DNA of 64,000 bases, from NCBI GenBank assembly GCA_038227875.1, contig JBBRPR010000026.1, positions 1-64,000 on the forward strand, written 5' to 3'. A program made the translations under genes and the position numbers. Below the pieces are notes generated by a model. That model ran no database searches, was not told the DNA's origin, and saw only the letters and a list, made by a program, of their open reading frames with translations. This document shows, in pieces, positions 48,321 to 58,166 of the stretch. The stretch is from Planctomycetota bacterium. GTDB lineage: Bacteria > Planctomycetota > SZUA-567 > H5-PLA8. Every line of letters begins with the position of its first letter. The stretch's first letter is position 1.

Positions 48321-48512
48321 GATTATTCTCCTTTGTTCGCGAGAGTTCTTTCCCTCGCACGCACATCATGGCTGCAAATTGAAGACCAGCGAATTGTTTG
48401 AACATCCGCAGGGCTGAGACGTCGAATAATAGGAATTGTGAGACGGTTTTGAGTCGGTTGTCTTTGATATGCTGGTCGACTAACATAGAGGGCATTGGAG
48501 GCCCATGAATTT

Positions 48513-49478
48513 ATGAAAAGTATATATGGTCTGGCGGTCGTACTCGGCGCGGTGTGCGCGCTGCATGCCGCCGACGATCCCGATGCGGATTTCAATCTGC
48601 GGCTGGTGGACGCGGGTCGGAAGGTCATCTTCGATTACAAGCTTTTCCAGCGCTATAACGATGACAAGTTCAGCCCGGAAGCCCGGCTGAAGGAGATCAA
48701 CGACCGCGTGACGGGGGATGACGTCACGCAGGACGAAATGGTCTCGCTGCGCCAGGAAAGCTGGTCGCTAAACGAAGCGGATTTCAATCTCAACACGGCG
48801 CGCAAACAGTTCCGCGACCGCCTCGCCAAGTCGATCACGGGCTACAAAGAGATCCGCGAGCAGTCGAAGGACAATCCGGCGATGAAGCTGCCGAAGGAAA
48901 GCGAGGCGGTGCTGATCAAAGCCGAACTGATCTGCAAAAGCCCCGACAACCTGGCGCTCGACGTCACGCTGCCGTCGGATCTGATCAAGAAGACCAAGCC
49001 GAAGGAAACTCCCGCCCCCACGCCGAAAGCAGACGCGCCGAAAGTCGCCGGCGCGAACACGCCGCCGGGACCCGCGAAGACGGATGTGGTGCCGGCGGGC
49101 CAGTCATCCGGTAAGAAGGTCGATGGGGCAATGGTCGTCGCGCTGGGAAAATACAACACGATCCTGTTGGGCAAAGTTCATGGCGTATTGCAGCGCCGCG
49201 ATGTTCCGGCCGGCGACGAACGCAAATGGATGGTCGTGGTGGATGTGAAAGAACTGCTGCGCGGCAAGGCGATCCCGGGCAACTCCGTCTCGGTGTTCAT
49301 CAACAGTCCCGCCGAGAGCTTTGCCACGTACGAAACGGTCGACGACCTGCGCAACCGGCCATGCATTTACGCGCTGACGATTAAAGATGGAGTCGTCGGC
49401 GAAAGCGAAGCGCCGTTTCCGCAGCAGAAGTTCGACAAGGAAGATATCGATCGGCTGCGCGATGCTTTTAAAGAATGA
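48513..49478 (+). CDS. Secreted hypothetical protein (helical N-domain, Pro linker, OB-like C-domain)
   Basis: Signal peptide MKSIYGLAVVLGAVCALHA; GGAGG upstream. Confidence 0.75.
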   Translation: MKSIYGLAVVLGAVCALHAADDPDADFNLRLVDAGRKVIFDYKLFQRYNDDKFSPEARLKEINDRVTGDDVTQDEMVSLRQESWSLNEADFNLNTARKQFRDRLAKSITGYKEIREQSKDNPAMKLPKESEAVLIKAELICKSPDNLALDVTLPSDLIKKTKPKETPAPTPKADAPKVAGANTPPGPAKTDVVPAGQSSGKKVDGAMVVALGKYNTILLGKVHGVLQRRDVPAGDERKWMVVVDVKELLRGKAIPGNSVSVFINSPAESFATYETVDDLRNRPCIYALTIKDGVVGESEAPFPQQKFDKEDIDRLRDAFKE

Positions 49479-49529
49479 AGTCCGCCAGGCGTTTTAATCC
49501 TATTTATTGCCTGCATTGGAGCACCCCTG

Positions 49530-50489
49530 ATGAGAACCAGAATCAGTGCCTTGGTTTTTGTGTCTGTATGCTCAACTCTCCAGCTCAATGCATCCGAAAA
49601 GGTTGTTAGAACCATGGATTCGTATGACATGGACTTCATCGATAGATATTTGAAGACATTTGATGAAGTCCAGAATCATAACAGTGAAAATCAAGTTTAT
49701 TTGACCACTGCGAAAAGCAGTTTCGAACGCCAAATGGGGCTCGCTTTGAGCAAGAAAGACAAGCGCGCACCTGGCCGGTTGACGTACTTGGCCATGTTGA
49801 ATGGTGGACCCCTGAAAGCCGAAGACAAAATCGGATTAGGGCTCTCGGCACTTGCCGGAAACGATTTGAAAGCCACGTCCATGGGGGCAAAAAAAGTCTA
49901 TCGTCCATCGGATATCTATATCTGGTTTACCGCAAACAGTGAGAAATATGACGCGTGTCCTCAATTAGATGATTGGCTGAAAAGTCAAAGCGGAAAAGCA
50001 ATGTTGACTGTACTGAACCGCCTCAAAAAACTGGCGGAGGATAAAGCAGGACCCAACGCCAGCGATGCGCGCATGGCGTTTATCGATGAATACTTGAAAA
50101 CGTGGGATGACTTTGCACAGGGCGCGAACGAAAAGGCTGCGCTAATTCGAGAAGAACGGGATTCGTTCGAGTGTGAATTGGCTGAAGCCTTGACCCAGAA
50201 GGACAAGCGCGCGCCTGCGCGGTTGGTTTTTTCATCAGTGGTAACTGTAGGGATGCCGGTTGAGTTGGAGGGGGCATTGGGGGCGGCTTTTAAGGAACTC
50301 GTTGGGGAAGCAGTTCCCAAGACAACTTTTGAAGGTCGCGACTGCTATTTTTCAGCGGATCTTTATTTTTGGTGGCAGGAAAATAAAGCCAAGTACGAAG
50401 CTTCGCCGCTCTTTGACGAGTGGTCGAAGCGTGAGTTCGCTCAGAAATCCGTGATCCCGATGTTCGAAAAATTGCGGACCAAAAAGTAG
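49530..50489 (+). CDS. Secreted hypothetical protein with an internally duplicated domain
   Basis: Signal peptide; FIDxYLKT and KDKRAPxRL each occur twice; low GC. Confidence 0.75.
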   Translation: MRTRISALVFVSVCSTLQLNASEKVVRTMDSYDMDFIDRYLKTFDEVQNHNSENQVYLTTAKSSFERQMGLALSKKDKRAPGRLTYLAMLNGGPLKAEDKIGLGLSALAGNDLKATSMGAKKVYRPSDIYIWFTANSEKYDACPQLDDWLKSQSGKAMLTVLNRLKKLAEDKAGPNASDARMAFIDEYLKTWDDFAQGANEKAALIREERDSFECELAEALTQKDKRAPARLVFSSVVTVGMPVELEGALGAAFKELVGEAVPKTTFEGRDCYFSADLYFWWQENKAKYEASPLFDEWSKREFAQKSVIPMFEKLRTKK

Positions 50490-50688
50490 AGAACAGTTGG
50501 CTCACATCGCCTACCGGACCTTCCGGAAATTTTTCCTCAAGGTGTTCAGGGACAACTCTACCATTAGTGGTTCAGGCCAATTGGCCTTAAGGTCCCCCGG
50601 CAGTGGTCAAAAGCCAGCATGGGGACCGTGGTCTCCATGCTGACTTCCGCTCGTCCGCGTACGCTTTTGGATTCGCCGCGCGCGAACG

Positions 50689-50720
50689 AAAAAACCCAAG
50701 GCTTGCGCCTTGGGTTTTTT
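50689..50720. terminator. Bidirectional intrinsic terminator after tal
   Basis: AAAAAACCCAAGGC-TTGC-GCCTTGGGTTTTTT. Confidence 0.88.
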
Positions 50721-50742
50721 CGTGCGAACAGTTCGCGGTGAT

Positions 50743-51468
50743 TTACAGCTTGAAACCAGCCGCCGTGGAGTCCTTCAAGAACGTCTTGACGGTGTCCAGG
50801 GACAGGTCGTACAGGTCCTTGCCGACCCCGCCGAGCTTCTTGAAGATGTCGTGGGGGACGGTGATGATCTTGCAGCCGACTTCGTCAGCCTGGAAAATGT
50901 TGTGCAGCTCGCGCGTGCTGGCCCAGAGCAGTTCGCCCTTTTCGACCTTCTTGCAAAGACCCGCGCATTCCTTCATCAACGGAATCGGATCGCGGCCCGT
51001 GTCGGCAACGCGGCCGGCGAAGACGGAGATGATGCTCGGCGCGCCACCCTTCAGCGCTTCGGTCACTTCGTTGCACTGTTCGATCGTGGTGATCGCGGTG
51101 ACGTTCAGGTTCACGCCGGACTGGGTCAGCTTCTTGACCAGGTCCTTGGTCTTCGTGCCCTTGGTGTTGATGACCGGAATCTTGACGTAGACATTCGGGC
51201 CCCAGGTCTTGATCAGCGCGGCCTGGCGTTCCATTTCAGGGAGTTCGTCGGAGAAGACTTCGAAGGAGATGCTGCGGTCCTTGATGACCGTGAGGATATC
51301 CTTGGCGAACGCCATGTAATCGTGGATGCCGGCCTTGGCCATCAACGTGGGGTTCGTGGTGAAGCCCTTCACCCACTCATTTTTGTAAAGGTTGAGCATA
51401 CCTTCTTTGTCTGCGCCGTCGGCGTAGATCTTGACCTTGAGGTCCTTCAGTGAAGGGGCGTTCGACAT
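50743..51468 (-). CDS. tal: Transaldolase (small TalC/FSA type)
   Basis: YADGAD, GFTTNPTL, YVKIP, NVTA, SVFAGR, LWASTRE; AAGGAG RBS. Confidence 0.92.
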   Translation of the reverse strand: MSNAPSLKDLKVKIYADGADKEGMLNLYKNEWVKGFTTNPTLMAKAGIHDYMAFAKDILTVIKDRSISFEVFSDELPEMERQAALIKTWGPNVYVKIPVINTKGTKTKDLVKKLTQSGVNLNVTAITTIEQCNEVTEALKGGAPSIISVFAGRVADTGRDPIPLMKECAGLCKKVEKGELLWASTRELHNIFQADEVGCKIITVPHDIFKKLGGVGKDLYDLSLDTVKTFLKDSTAAGFKL

Positions 51469-51704
51469 CGGAAAAGTCTCCTTAGCAGGGGGTTTCTGTT
51501 CGTTAAGTGTGGAACACCCTAAACCGCTACGCACGTAAATCAACGGTAAATTCTAGGCACATTATTAAGTGCGCCAAGTGACGTGCAGCAAGGTGTTTGG
51601 CCGAAAATTCGGCCTAAAAATGGTATCCGCGAACAATTCGGAACGCATGTAGCAGTTCTGAAGTTTCCGTGAATGCGAAGTATTCCCAGAAAATGGAAGG
51701 GCAA

Positions 51705-51798
51705 CTCTTGGCTCTTCTTGGCTCTTGGTTCCTGTCGGTTAGTCGGACGGACTTTGACTAACCGACATGTTCCAAGAAAGAGCTAAGAGCCAAGAGCC
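51705..51798. repeat. Hairpin element with inverted heptamer (AAGAGCC) arms
   Basis: CTCTTGGCTCTT.. TGTCGGTTAGTC / GACTAACCGACA ..AAGAGCTAAGAGCCAAGAGCC. Confidence 0.75.
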
Positions 51799-51874
51799 GC
51801 CGCCCCACTGGCGCATTGTGCGGTCGCTCAGTAAACTATGGCTACATGGACACTTCCGGCCGGAGAACGAAGTC

Positions 51875-54800
51875 ATGAGCGCGGCGCCCAGTCAGGGGGC
51901 GAATGCGCCGGCTTCGGACGCGGCCAACGCGACGGTCCGCAGCGCCATCTTCGTGCTCTTCTTTCTTTCGGGCGCGTGCGGGCTGATTTACGAAGTCCTC
52001 TGGTGCCGGCAGCTCGGCCTGATTTTCGGCAACACGGTGCAGAGTCTTTCGGCGGTGCTCACCGCGTTTATGGCCGGGCTGGCGCTGGGGAGTTATCTGG
52101 CCGGGCGGCTGTGCCATCGCTTGAAACGGCCGCTGCTGGCGTATGGCATTCTGGAACTGTGCATCGGCGTCTACTGCGCGGCGCTGCCGTGGCTGTTCAG
52201 TGATCACGGACCGGTGATGCCGCTCTACCGCTCGTTGTACGGTGAGACCGGCAGCAGCACGCTTTCGATTTTTCGCTTCGCCATTTCGCTGGTGCTGCTG
52301 CTGATACCCACGACGTTCATGGGTGCCACGCTGCCGGTGCTGTCGCAGTACATGTCGGGAATCAAAACGAGTCTCGGCCGCACCGCCGGAGCGCTCTACG
52401 CGGTGAACACCTTCGGCGCCGTCGCAGGCGCAGCCGCAACGGGATTTTATTTTCTTCCCTGCTTCGGAAAAATAGAGACCAACTGGATCGCCGTCGGCTG
52501 CAACGTCATGCTCGGCCTGCTCGCCATCAATCTCGGCCTGCGCCAGGCGCTCGGCATGCTCCCCGCGAACTCTGCCTCCCAATCCCAAGAGCCAAAAGCT
52601 AAGAGCCAGGAGCCGACCCCGCTGCCTGCCGCGATCAAGCTCACCGTCGCCGCGTTCGCCATCACCGGTTTCGCTGGGATGGCGACGCAGATCGCCTGGA
52701 CGCGCGCGATCAGTTTGAGCACCGGAAGTTCCACGTACGCGTTCAGCCTGATCGTCTCCGTCTTCATTTTGGGCCTGAGTCTCGGTGGCGCGTGGGCGGC
52801 GCGCGTGGCGCCGAAGATCGCCGACCCGATTGGCGTGCTCGCGAAAATTCTGCTCGTGATTGGGTTGCTCGGGCTGGCGATTTCCACGCTGCTGGGCTTC
52901 GGACCGATTCTGTTTTTCTTTCTGCTCGCGTGGAGCAGCCAGTCGAGCTGGTGGGTGCTGTTGGTCGCGGAAGCGATCGGTATCGGGCTGATCATCCTGG
53001 TTCCCACCTTCCTGATGGGCGCGACGCTGCCGCTGACGATGCAGGTCGCCGCGACGTATCGTGAAAGCGCGGGGCGCACCGTCGGCACGATTTACTCCGT
53101 AAACACCATTGGCGCGATCCTGGGCAGCTTTCTTGGCGGGCTGGTGCTGCTGCCGCTGCTCACGATTCAATACACGCTCGTCGCCGCCGCATTGATGTAC
53201 GCGATCCCCGGCTTGCTGTTGATGGGTTACGGCGTGCAGAAGGGCAAATTCCGAAACCTGGGCCTGGCCGCTGTGTTGATTGGCGCCGGCGTCGTCTGCG
53301 CGCAGCCGTGGGATGGAAAAATCATGAGCAGCGGCGTGTACCTGCTCTACGATCCGCGCACGATCGCCGCGGCGCGGGAATTCCGGCTGCTCGATGCGCT
53401 ACCGAACCTGAGCAAGGGGCGCGAGCTGCTCTACTATAAGGAAGGCGCCGCCGCGACGGTGGCGGTGACGGAGCTCGATACGCCTAAGGGCAAAGATCTG
53501 ATGCTCTCCGTCGGCGGCAAGCCCGATGCCTCCAGCCGCGGCGATATGAGCACTCAGATCGGGCTGACGCTGGTCCCCGAACTGCTCCACGCCAAAGGTC
53601 CGCAGGATGTGCTGGTGATCGGACTGGGCTCGGGCGTCAGCGTCGGCGCGGCGCTTGCGCCGCAATCGGTGCAGCGCGTTGATGTGATCGAGATGTCGCC
53701 GGAAGTCGTCGAAGCTTCCGAAAAGTTCGCGCCGTTCAATGAGCTCACTTATGTGAAGTCGCCGCGGCCGTGGCTGGCGACGCCGAAGGTCGAGCTGCTG
53801 ATCAACGACGGCCGCAACCATCTGCTGCTGACGAAGCGCCGCTACGACGTGATCGCCAGCGAGCCGTCGAATCCGTGGATGGCCGGCGTGGGGAACCTTT
53901 TCACGCGGGAAGCGTTTGAGCTTACGCGCGGGTGCTTGAAGCCCGGCGGCATCATGTGTCAGTGGGTGCACGGTTACCGGCTGGAAGTGGGCGATTTTCA
54001 CAGCATCATCCGCACGTTTACGGAAGTTTATCCGTACGCGCAATTCTGGAACGTGAGCGATGGCGATTTTCTGCTGATCGGGTCGGAAGAGCCGCTCGAT
54101 CAGCCACTGGAGCGCCTGCAAACACGGATGCGCGAACCGGCGGTTGCGCGCTGGCTGGGGAAAGTTCATTACGATACGGACGCGGAGTTCCTCGCCTGCT
54201 ACCTGGCCGACAAACCGTTCCTGGAAGCGATGACACACGACGCTCGGATTCACACCGACGACAATATGCTGCTGGAGTTTTCCGCGCCGCGTTCGCTTTA
54301 CGCGCCGGTTCAGACGCTCAACGCCGGGCTCTTCAATCCCGATCCGGAAGAGATCGTGAAGCTCGGCGGATTGAGCCCCAGCGACACGCAGAGCTTTCAG
54401 GAGCGCCTCGACGGGTCGGTCAGCGCGCGTGAACACGAGCGGCAGGCGATGGAGCATCGCGGCGCATTCCTGGCGCACGTGAAAGCCGCACTGGAACTTT
54501 CGCCACTGCAACGCTGGGCCAACGACAACAAGGACCTCGTCGATACTCAACCGGCGCCGCAGCCGCCGGCCGAGATGCTCGCTCAGATGAAAGCGCAATC
54601 CGACGCGAAGATAAAACAACCCTCGCAACCCGAGGGCGTGCTCTCGGCGACCAATCTGCTCTGCGAACGCGCCGCGCTCGATCCGGGAAATTCACAGGCC
54701 AGAAGTGACGCGGCCGAAGTTCTGCTGCTCGCCGCAAAAGCGATCGTGGAGACCTCGCAAACCGGCGCCATTCATTTAAGCCGCGTCAGCCGCCGCATGG

Positions 54801-54895
54801 GCCGCGAAATTCTAAAACGCGGCGGCAGCGGTACGGCGCTGAATGAAGCGACGAAATTATTAAAAGAATTCCAAGCCGAAAGGCGTCAACCCTAG
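51875..54895 (+). CDS. Fused MFS-like membrane / spermidine synthase-like methyltransferase
   Basis: SGACGLIYEV, PTxxMGATLP twice, Yx(V)NTxGA twice, IGLGSG, DGRN, SEPSNPW. Confidence 0.9.
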   Translation: MSAAPSQGANAPASDAANATVRSAIFVLFFLSGACGLIYEVLWCRQLGLIFGNTVQSLSAVLTAFMAGLALGSYLAGRLCHRLKRPLLAYGILELCIGVYCAALPWLFSDHGPVMPLYRSLYGETGSSTLSIFRFAISLVLLLIPTTFMGATLPVLSQYMSGIKTSLGRTAGALYAVNTFGAVAGAAATGFYFLPCFGKIETNWIAVGCNVMLGLLAINLGLRQALGMLPANSASQSQEPKAKSQEPTPLPAAIKLTVAAFAITGFAGMATQIAWTRAISLSTGSSTYAFSLIVSVFILGLSLGGAWAARVAPKIADPIGVLAKILLVIGLLGLAISTLLGFGPILFFFLLAWSSQSSWWVLLVAEAIGIGLIILVPTFLMGATLPLTMQVAATYRESAGRTVGTIYSVNTIGAILGSFLGGLVLLPLLTIQYTLVAAALMYAIPGLLLMGYGVQKGKFRNLGLAAVLIGAGVVCAQPWDGKIMSSGVYLLYDPRTIAAAREFRLLDALPNLSKGRELLYYKEGAAATVAVTELDTPKGKDLMLSVGGKPDASSRGDMSTQIGLTLVPELLHAKGPQDVLVIGLGSGVSVGAALAPQSVQRVDVIEMSPEVVEASEKFAPFNELTYVKSPRPWLATPKVELLINDGRNHLLLTKRRYDVIASEPSNPWMAGVGNLFTREAFELTRGCLKPGGIMCQWVHGYRLEVGDFHSIIRTFTEVYPYAQFWNVSDGDFLLIGSEEPLDQPLERLQTRMREPAVARWLGKVHYDTDAEFLACYLADKPFLEAMTHDARIHTDDNMLLEFSAPRSLYAPVQTLNAGLFNPDPEEIVKLGGLSPSDTQSFQERLDGSVSAREHERQAMEHRGAFLAHVKAALELSPLQRWANDNKDLVDTQPAPQPPAEMLAQMKAQSDAKIKQPSQPEGVLSATNLLCERAALDPGNSQARSDAAEVLLLAAKAIVETSQTGAIHLSRVSRRMGREILKRGGSGTALNEATKLLKEFQAERRQP

Positions 54896-54934
54896 AAGCT
54901 GTTCTTGCGGCTTCGCGTGGGATAAAAAGCGGTC

Positions 54935-55963
54935 TTACGGCAAGGCAGCGTCGCGCTTGATCGCCAGCCGCCGCACGTCCGCCGCGCGCAGGGCGGCGAG
55001 CGCGGAATCCATGCCGGTCTTCGGTGCGTCGCCGCGGACGAGAATCACCGCCGACGGATGGTTGGTCTGATCGGCCGGCAGCCGCTTGCGCAGGTCTTCG
55101 ACAGCTTCGAGCACGAATGGCTTGAAATCCGTCTCGGCGGTCTTCGCGCCGATGCGCAGTTGGAATCCCGCCGCAGTTTTTCCGGGGAGTACTTCGACGA
55201 TCAGGCGCTCTTCAGCGTCGGGCGCTTCGATCGGCTGACTGGGCATCAGTTTGTCGGCACCCGAAGAGACGAGGTCGTCGGCGATGTGGCGCGACTCCAC
55301 CAATTTCGAAAATTCGAGCTCCGGGCAAATCAGCAGCGGCCGGCGCCACGGCGTTTCGTCGGCCTTGGCGGTGTTGCGCGCGTACAATTTCATGAAGTAG
55401 CCGCAGGCGCGGCCGACAGGCAGTGAATCTTCCTTGATACCCTTGTCGATGCGTTCGAACAACTTCGAGCCCGGCGGACAGAGAATGCGCAGCGCGTAGA
55501 CGTCGCGGGCCGAATCGATGAACACGGCGAGGATGATCGAATAGCCGGGCAGCTCGAATTCCGGCGGCAGTTCGACCTGTCGCGCTTCGATCACGATGCC
55601 GCGCGAGAGCGTCACGACCTGGCCGCGGTAGAGTCCCGGCTTGTCCATCAGGTTATCAAACGTGATTTTGTCGTTGGTATGCTTGCGCAGCTGATCCTGA
55701 TTGGTCGATGCGACCTGGTGGAGAAACCACTTATAAGGGGCGCCTTCCAGGATCGCGCTCTCTTCGAACTTATCGGGATAATAGTCTTCGACAATCTGCG
55801 CGAACAGGCGGCGCCGTTCGTCTTCCTCGTACTGGCCCGGGCGAATCTTGAGCGAGGAGGTCTTGCTATTACCGCCGCCGCTGTCATTGTCGACGGGGTG
55901 GTGGTTGCGTTCGCAGCCCGTGATGAGCAGCAACATCACCAGGATCACGCGCGTGTGTTTCAT
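54935..55963 (-). CDS. Hypothetical lipoprotein with ExbD-like C-terminus
   Basis: MKHTRVILVMLLLITGC lipobox; ILVRGDAP...ALRAADVRRLAI tail. Confidence 0.65.
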   Translation of the reverse strand: MKHTRVILVMLLLITGCERNHHPVDNDSGGGNSKTSSLKIRPGQYEEDERRRLFAQIVEDYYPDKFEESAILEGAPYKWFLHQVASTNQDQLRKHTNDKITFDNLMDKPGLYRGQVVTLSRGIVIEARQVELPPEFELPGYSIILAVFIDSARDVYALRILCPPGSKLFERIDKGIKEDSLPVGRACGYFMKLYARNTAKADETPWRRPLLICPELEFSKLVESRHIADDLVSSGADKLMPSQPIEAPDAEERLIVEVLPGKTAAGFQLRIGAKTAETDFKPFVLEAVEDLRKRLPADQTNHPSAVILVRGDAPKTGMDSALAALRAADVRRLAIKRDAALP

Positions 55964-55977
55964 AACGACTACTCCGG

Positions 55978-56616
55978 TCAAACCTGCGGTCGTAGCAATC
56001 GCTTCACGGCCGCATCAATCCGTTCCCGTGCGGCCTGGCATTCAGCGATCTCTGCTTCGGCACGCGTACGGCGGGTGGCATTCAATCCTTCTTTATCGTC
56101 CGTTGCGCAGTTGGAAATCACCTGAATTCCTGCACCGCGTGCGGCCGCTTCGAGAAAATATCCCGCCGCCGCAACATCGCCTGCGAGTCCCGGATTGACC
56201 ACGCCGGCGAGTTCCTCAACCAGACGCAAGCCGACCCGGGCATCCGCAATGATTTTTTCGGGAATCTTCGTCGCTGCCTCGTTGCTTTCGGCGATCTTTT
56301 TGGAGCGCGCCGCCTTCTCCTCGGGCGTGGCGCGCGGGAGCTTGCGGGCTTCCGAGTAAGCGCAGTAGGCCTGGATGTCCGCCTCGATGCCGCTGACGAA
56401 CAAGCGTCGCAGTTCGGAGAAACTGTCGTCGAGCTTCCGGGCCTGCGCTTCGACGGCCTTGAACTTTTCGTTTTCGGTGGTGTAAAGCGCCGCCATGCTC
56501 GCCAGCCCCAGCCCGAGCGCCCCGACGAGCGCGCTGGTGCTGCCCCCACCCGGCGTGGGCGTGCGGGAGGCGAGGTCTTCCAGAAATTTGCTGAGCGGCT
56601 GTTCGGGGTACGCCAT
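55978..56616 (-). CDS. Cyclodeaminase/cyclohydrolase family protein (FTCD C-terminal)
   Basis: FLEDLASRTPTPGGGS, DIQAY, KLPR, GDVAAA. Confidence 0.9.
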   Translation of the reverse strand: MAYPEQPLSKFLEDLASRTPTPGGGSTSALVGALGLGLASMAALYTTENEKFKAVEAQARKLDDSFSELRRLFVSGIEADIQAYCAYSEARKLPRATPEEKAARSKKIAESNEAATKIPEKIIADARVGLRLVEELAGVVNPGLAGDVAAAGYFLEAAARGAGIQVISNCATDDKEGLNATRRTRAEAEIAECQAARERIDAAVKRLLRPQV

Positions 56617-56710
56617 TTTTTTGAGTCTTCCTTGAGAGGTTAAACGTCGCTTTCCGACGCAGTCAATTTTAGCGTGCCGGAACGATTTTAACATAGGGAA
56701 TTGGAAAGCA

Positions 56711-56894
56711 GTTCGTAGTCCGGGCGTCCCGCCCGGTCTAACCGAACCCAAGTCCAAAGGCGTCATTCTTGAGTGAGGCCTGATCTACCGCGAGAGCAAA
56801 GAGGACTTTGCTTCGCGGTAGATAAATTCAGGGGACGAAGAATGTTTATCGCCTTCGCCGAGGTCAGACCGGGCGAGCCGCCCGGACTACAAAC
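56711..56894. repeat. GTAG-type REP doublet (REPIN-like)
   Basis: GTAGTCCGGGCGTCCCGCCCGGTCT ... AGACCGGGCGAGCCGCCCGGACTAC with internal hairpin ATCTACCGCGA/TCGCGGTAGAT. Confidence 0.8.
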
Positions 56895-56944
56895 AGCACG
56901 TCGCTGGCGCGGAGGAGCAGCGCGTATTAAGCTCCGCCCACATC

Positions 56945-57997
56945 ATGAAAATACTCGGCATTGAATCTTCTTGCGATGAGACTGCGGCGGCTGTGGTGGA
57001 AGACGGGCGCGCGGTGTTGTCGAATGTTGTGGCCAGCCAGTTTGATCTGCACCGGCCCTTCGGCGGCGTCGTTCCGGAACTCGCGGCGCGCGCGCACGCG
57101 GAGCGGATCACGGCGATCATTGATGAAGCGATGACCGTCGCGAAATGTTCGTCGGAACAGTTGGACGCGATCAGCGTTGTCAACCGGCCGGGCCTGGTTG
57201 GCGCATTGCTGGTGGGCGTCGCGGCGGCCAAGGCGCTTTCGATCGCGTGGAACAAGCCGCTGCTGGGCATGGACCACATCATGGGGCATGTCTACTCGCC
57301 GGTGCTGGCGGGTTTTGACCGCTTTCCGCACATCTCGTTGATCGTCTCGGGCGGCCATACGTGTCTTTACAAAGTCAACACGCCGCTGTCAGTCGAAGTC
57401 CTCGGGCAGACGGCCGACGACGCGGCCGGCGAAGCGTTTGACAAAGTGGCGAAGATGCTCGACCTCGGGTTTCCCGGTGGGCCGGCGCTTTCGAAGCTGG
57501 CCGACCAGGCCCCGCCGGAAGACCGCCGCATCTTCGCGGACTTCGGACAGAAAGCCGCCGACGCGCACACCAAGCCAGCCGATGCGCTCGACTTCAGCTT
57601 TTCGGGATTGAAGACGGCCGTCTACTATCATCTGCGCGGTACCAGCCGCGGACGCGGCCCGTTGCGCGAACTCTCCGCTCAGGAACGCGCGTCGGTGGCG
57701 GCGAGTTTCCAGGAAGCCGCGTGCGAGATCATGGTCAACACCACGCTGAACGCGTGCCGCGTGCACAACATTCACGCCGTCGCCGTGGCGGGAGGCGTGG
57801 CCTGCAACCGCCGTCTGCGCGATCTGTTTAAAGCGCGCGCGGCCGAACAGAACCCCCCGGTCGAGGTCTTCTTTCCGCCACCGGTGCTCTGCACGGACAA
57901 CGCGGCGATGAACGCCGGGTTGGCGTATCATCGGCTATTAAAGGGAGAGCGCGATTCGCTGGAAATCGACGCGGATCCCACGCCGAAGCGGAGCTGA
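56945..57997 (+). CDS. tsaD: tRNA N6-threonylcarbamoyladenosine transferase subunit TsaD
   Basis: ILGIESSCDET, GGVVPELAARAH, VSGGHT, DDAAGEAFDK, FSFSGLKT, GGVACN, CTDNAAM. Confidence 0.97.
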   Translation: MKILGIESSCDETAAAVVEDGRAVLSNVVASQFDLHRPFGGVVPELAARAHAERITAIIDEAMTVAKCSSEQLDAISVVNRPGLVGALLVGVAAAKALSIAWNKPLLGMDHIMGHVYSPVLAGFDRFPHISLIVSGGHTCLYKVNTPLSVEVLGQTADDAAGEAFDKVAKMLDLGFPGGPALSKLADQAPPEDRRIFADFGQKAADAHTKPADALDFSFSGLKTAVYYHLRGTSRGRGPLRELSAQERASVAASFQEAACEIMVNTTLNACRVHNIHAVAVAGGVACNRRLRDLFKARAAEQNPPVEVFFPPPVLCTDNAAMNAGLAYHRLLKGERDSLEIDADPTPKRS

Positions 57998-58004
57998 GTG
58001 ACCA

Positions 58005-58166
58005 GAACGAACGGATGGGATCGGGGATCGGGGATCGGGCATCGGTCGTTGGGAATCGCTGTCGCAATACTACGCTTCGTTTTGTTGGATTTGGTTTTTG
58101 AAACTGCGTCTACATTTTTTAGCAGCGCATTCCCATTGCCCGATGCCCGATCCCATCAGTTCGTTC
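58005..58166. repeat. Second MITE-like inverted-repeat element of the GGATCGG/GCATCGG family
   Basis: GAACGAACGGATGGGATCGGGG... and ...CCCGATGCCCGATCCCATCAGTTCGTTC around an AT-rich core. Confidence 0.75.

Noticed and set aside
50490..50690. 6S RNA or known riboswitch
   Set aside because: Could not build the closing stem/central bubble or any aptamer consensus by eye
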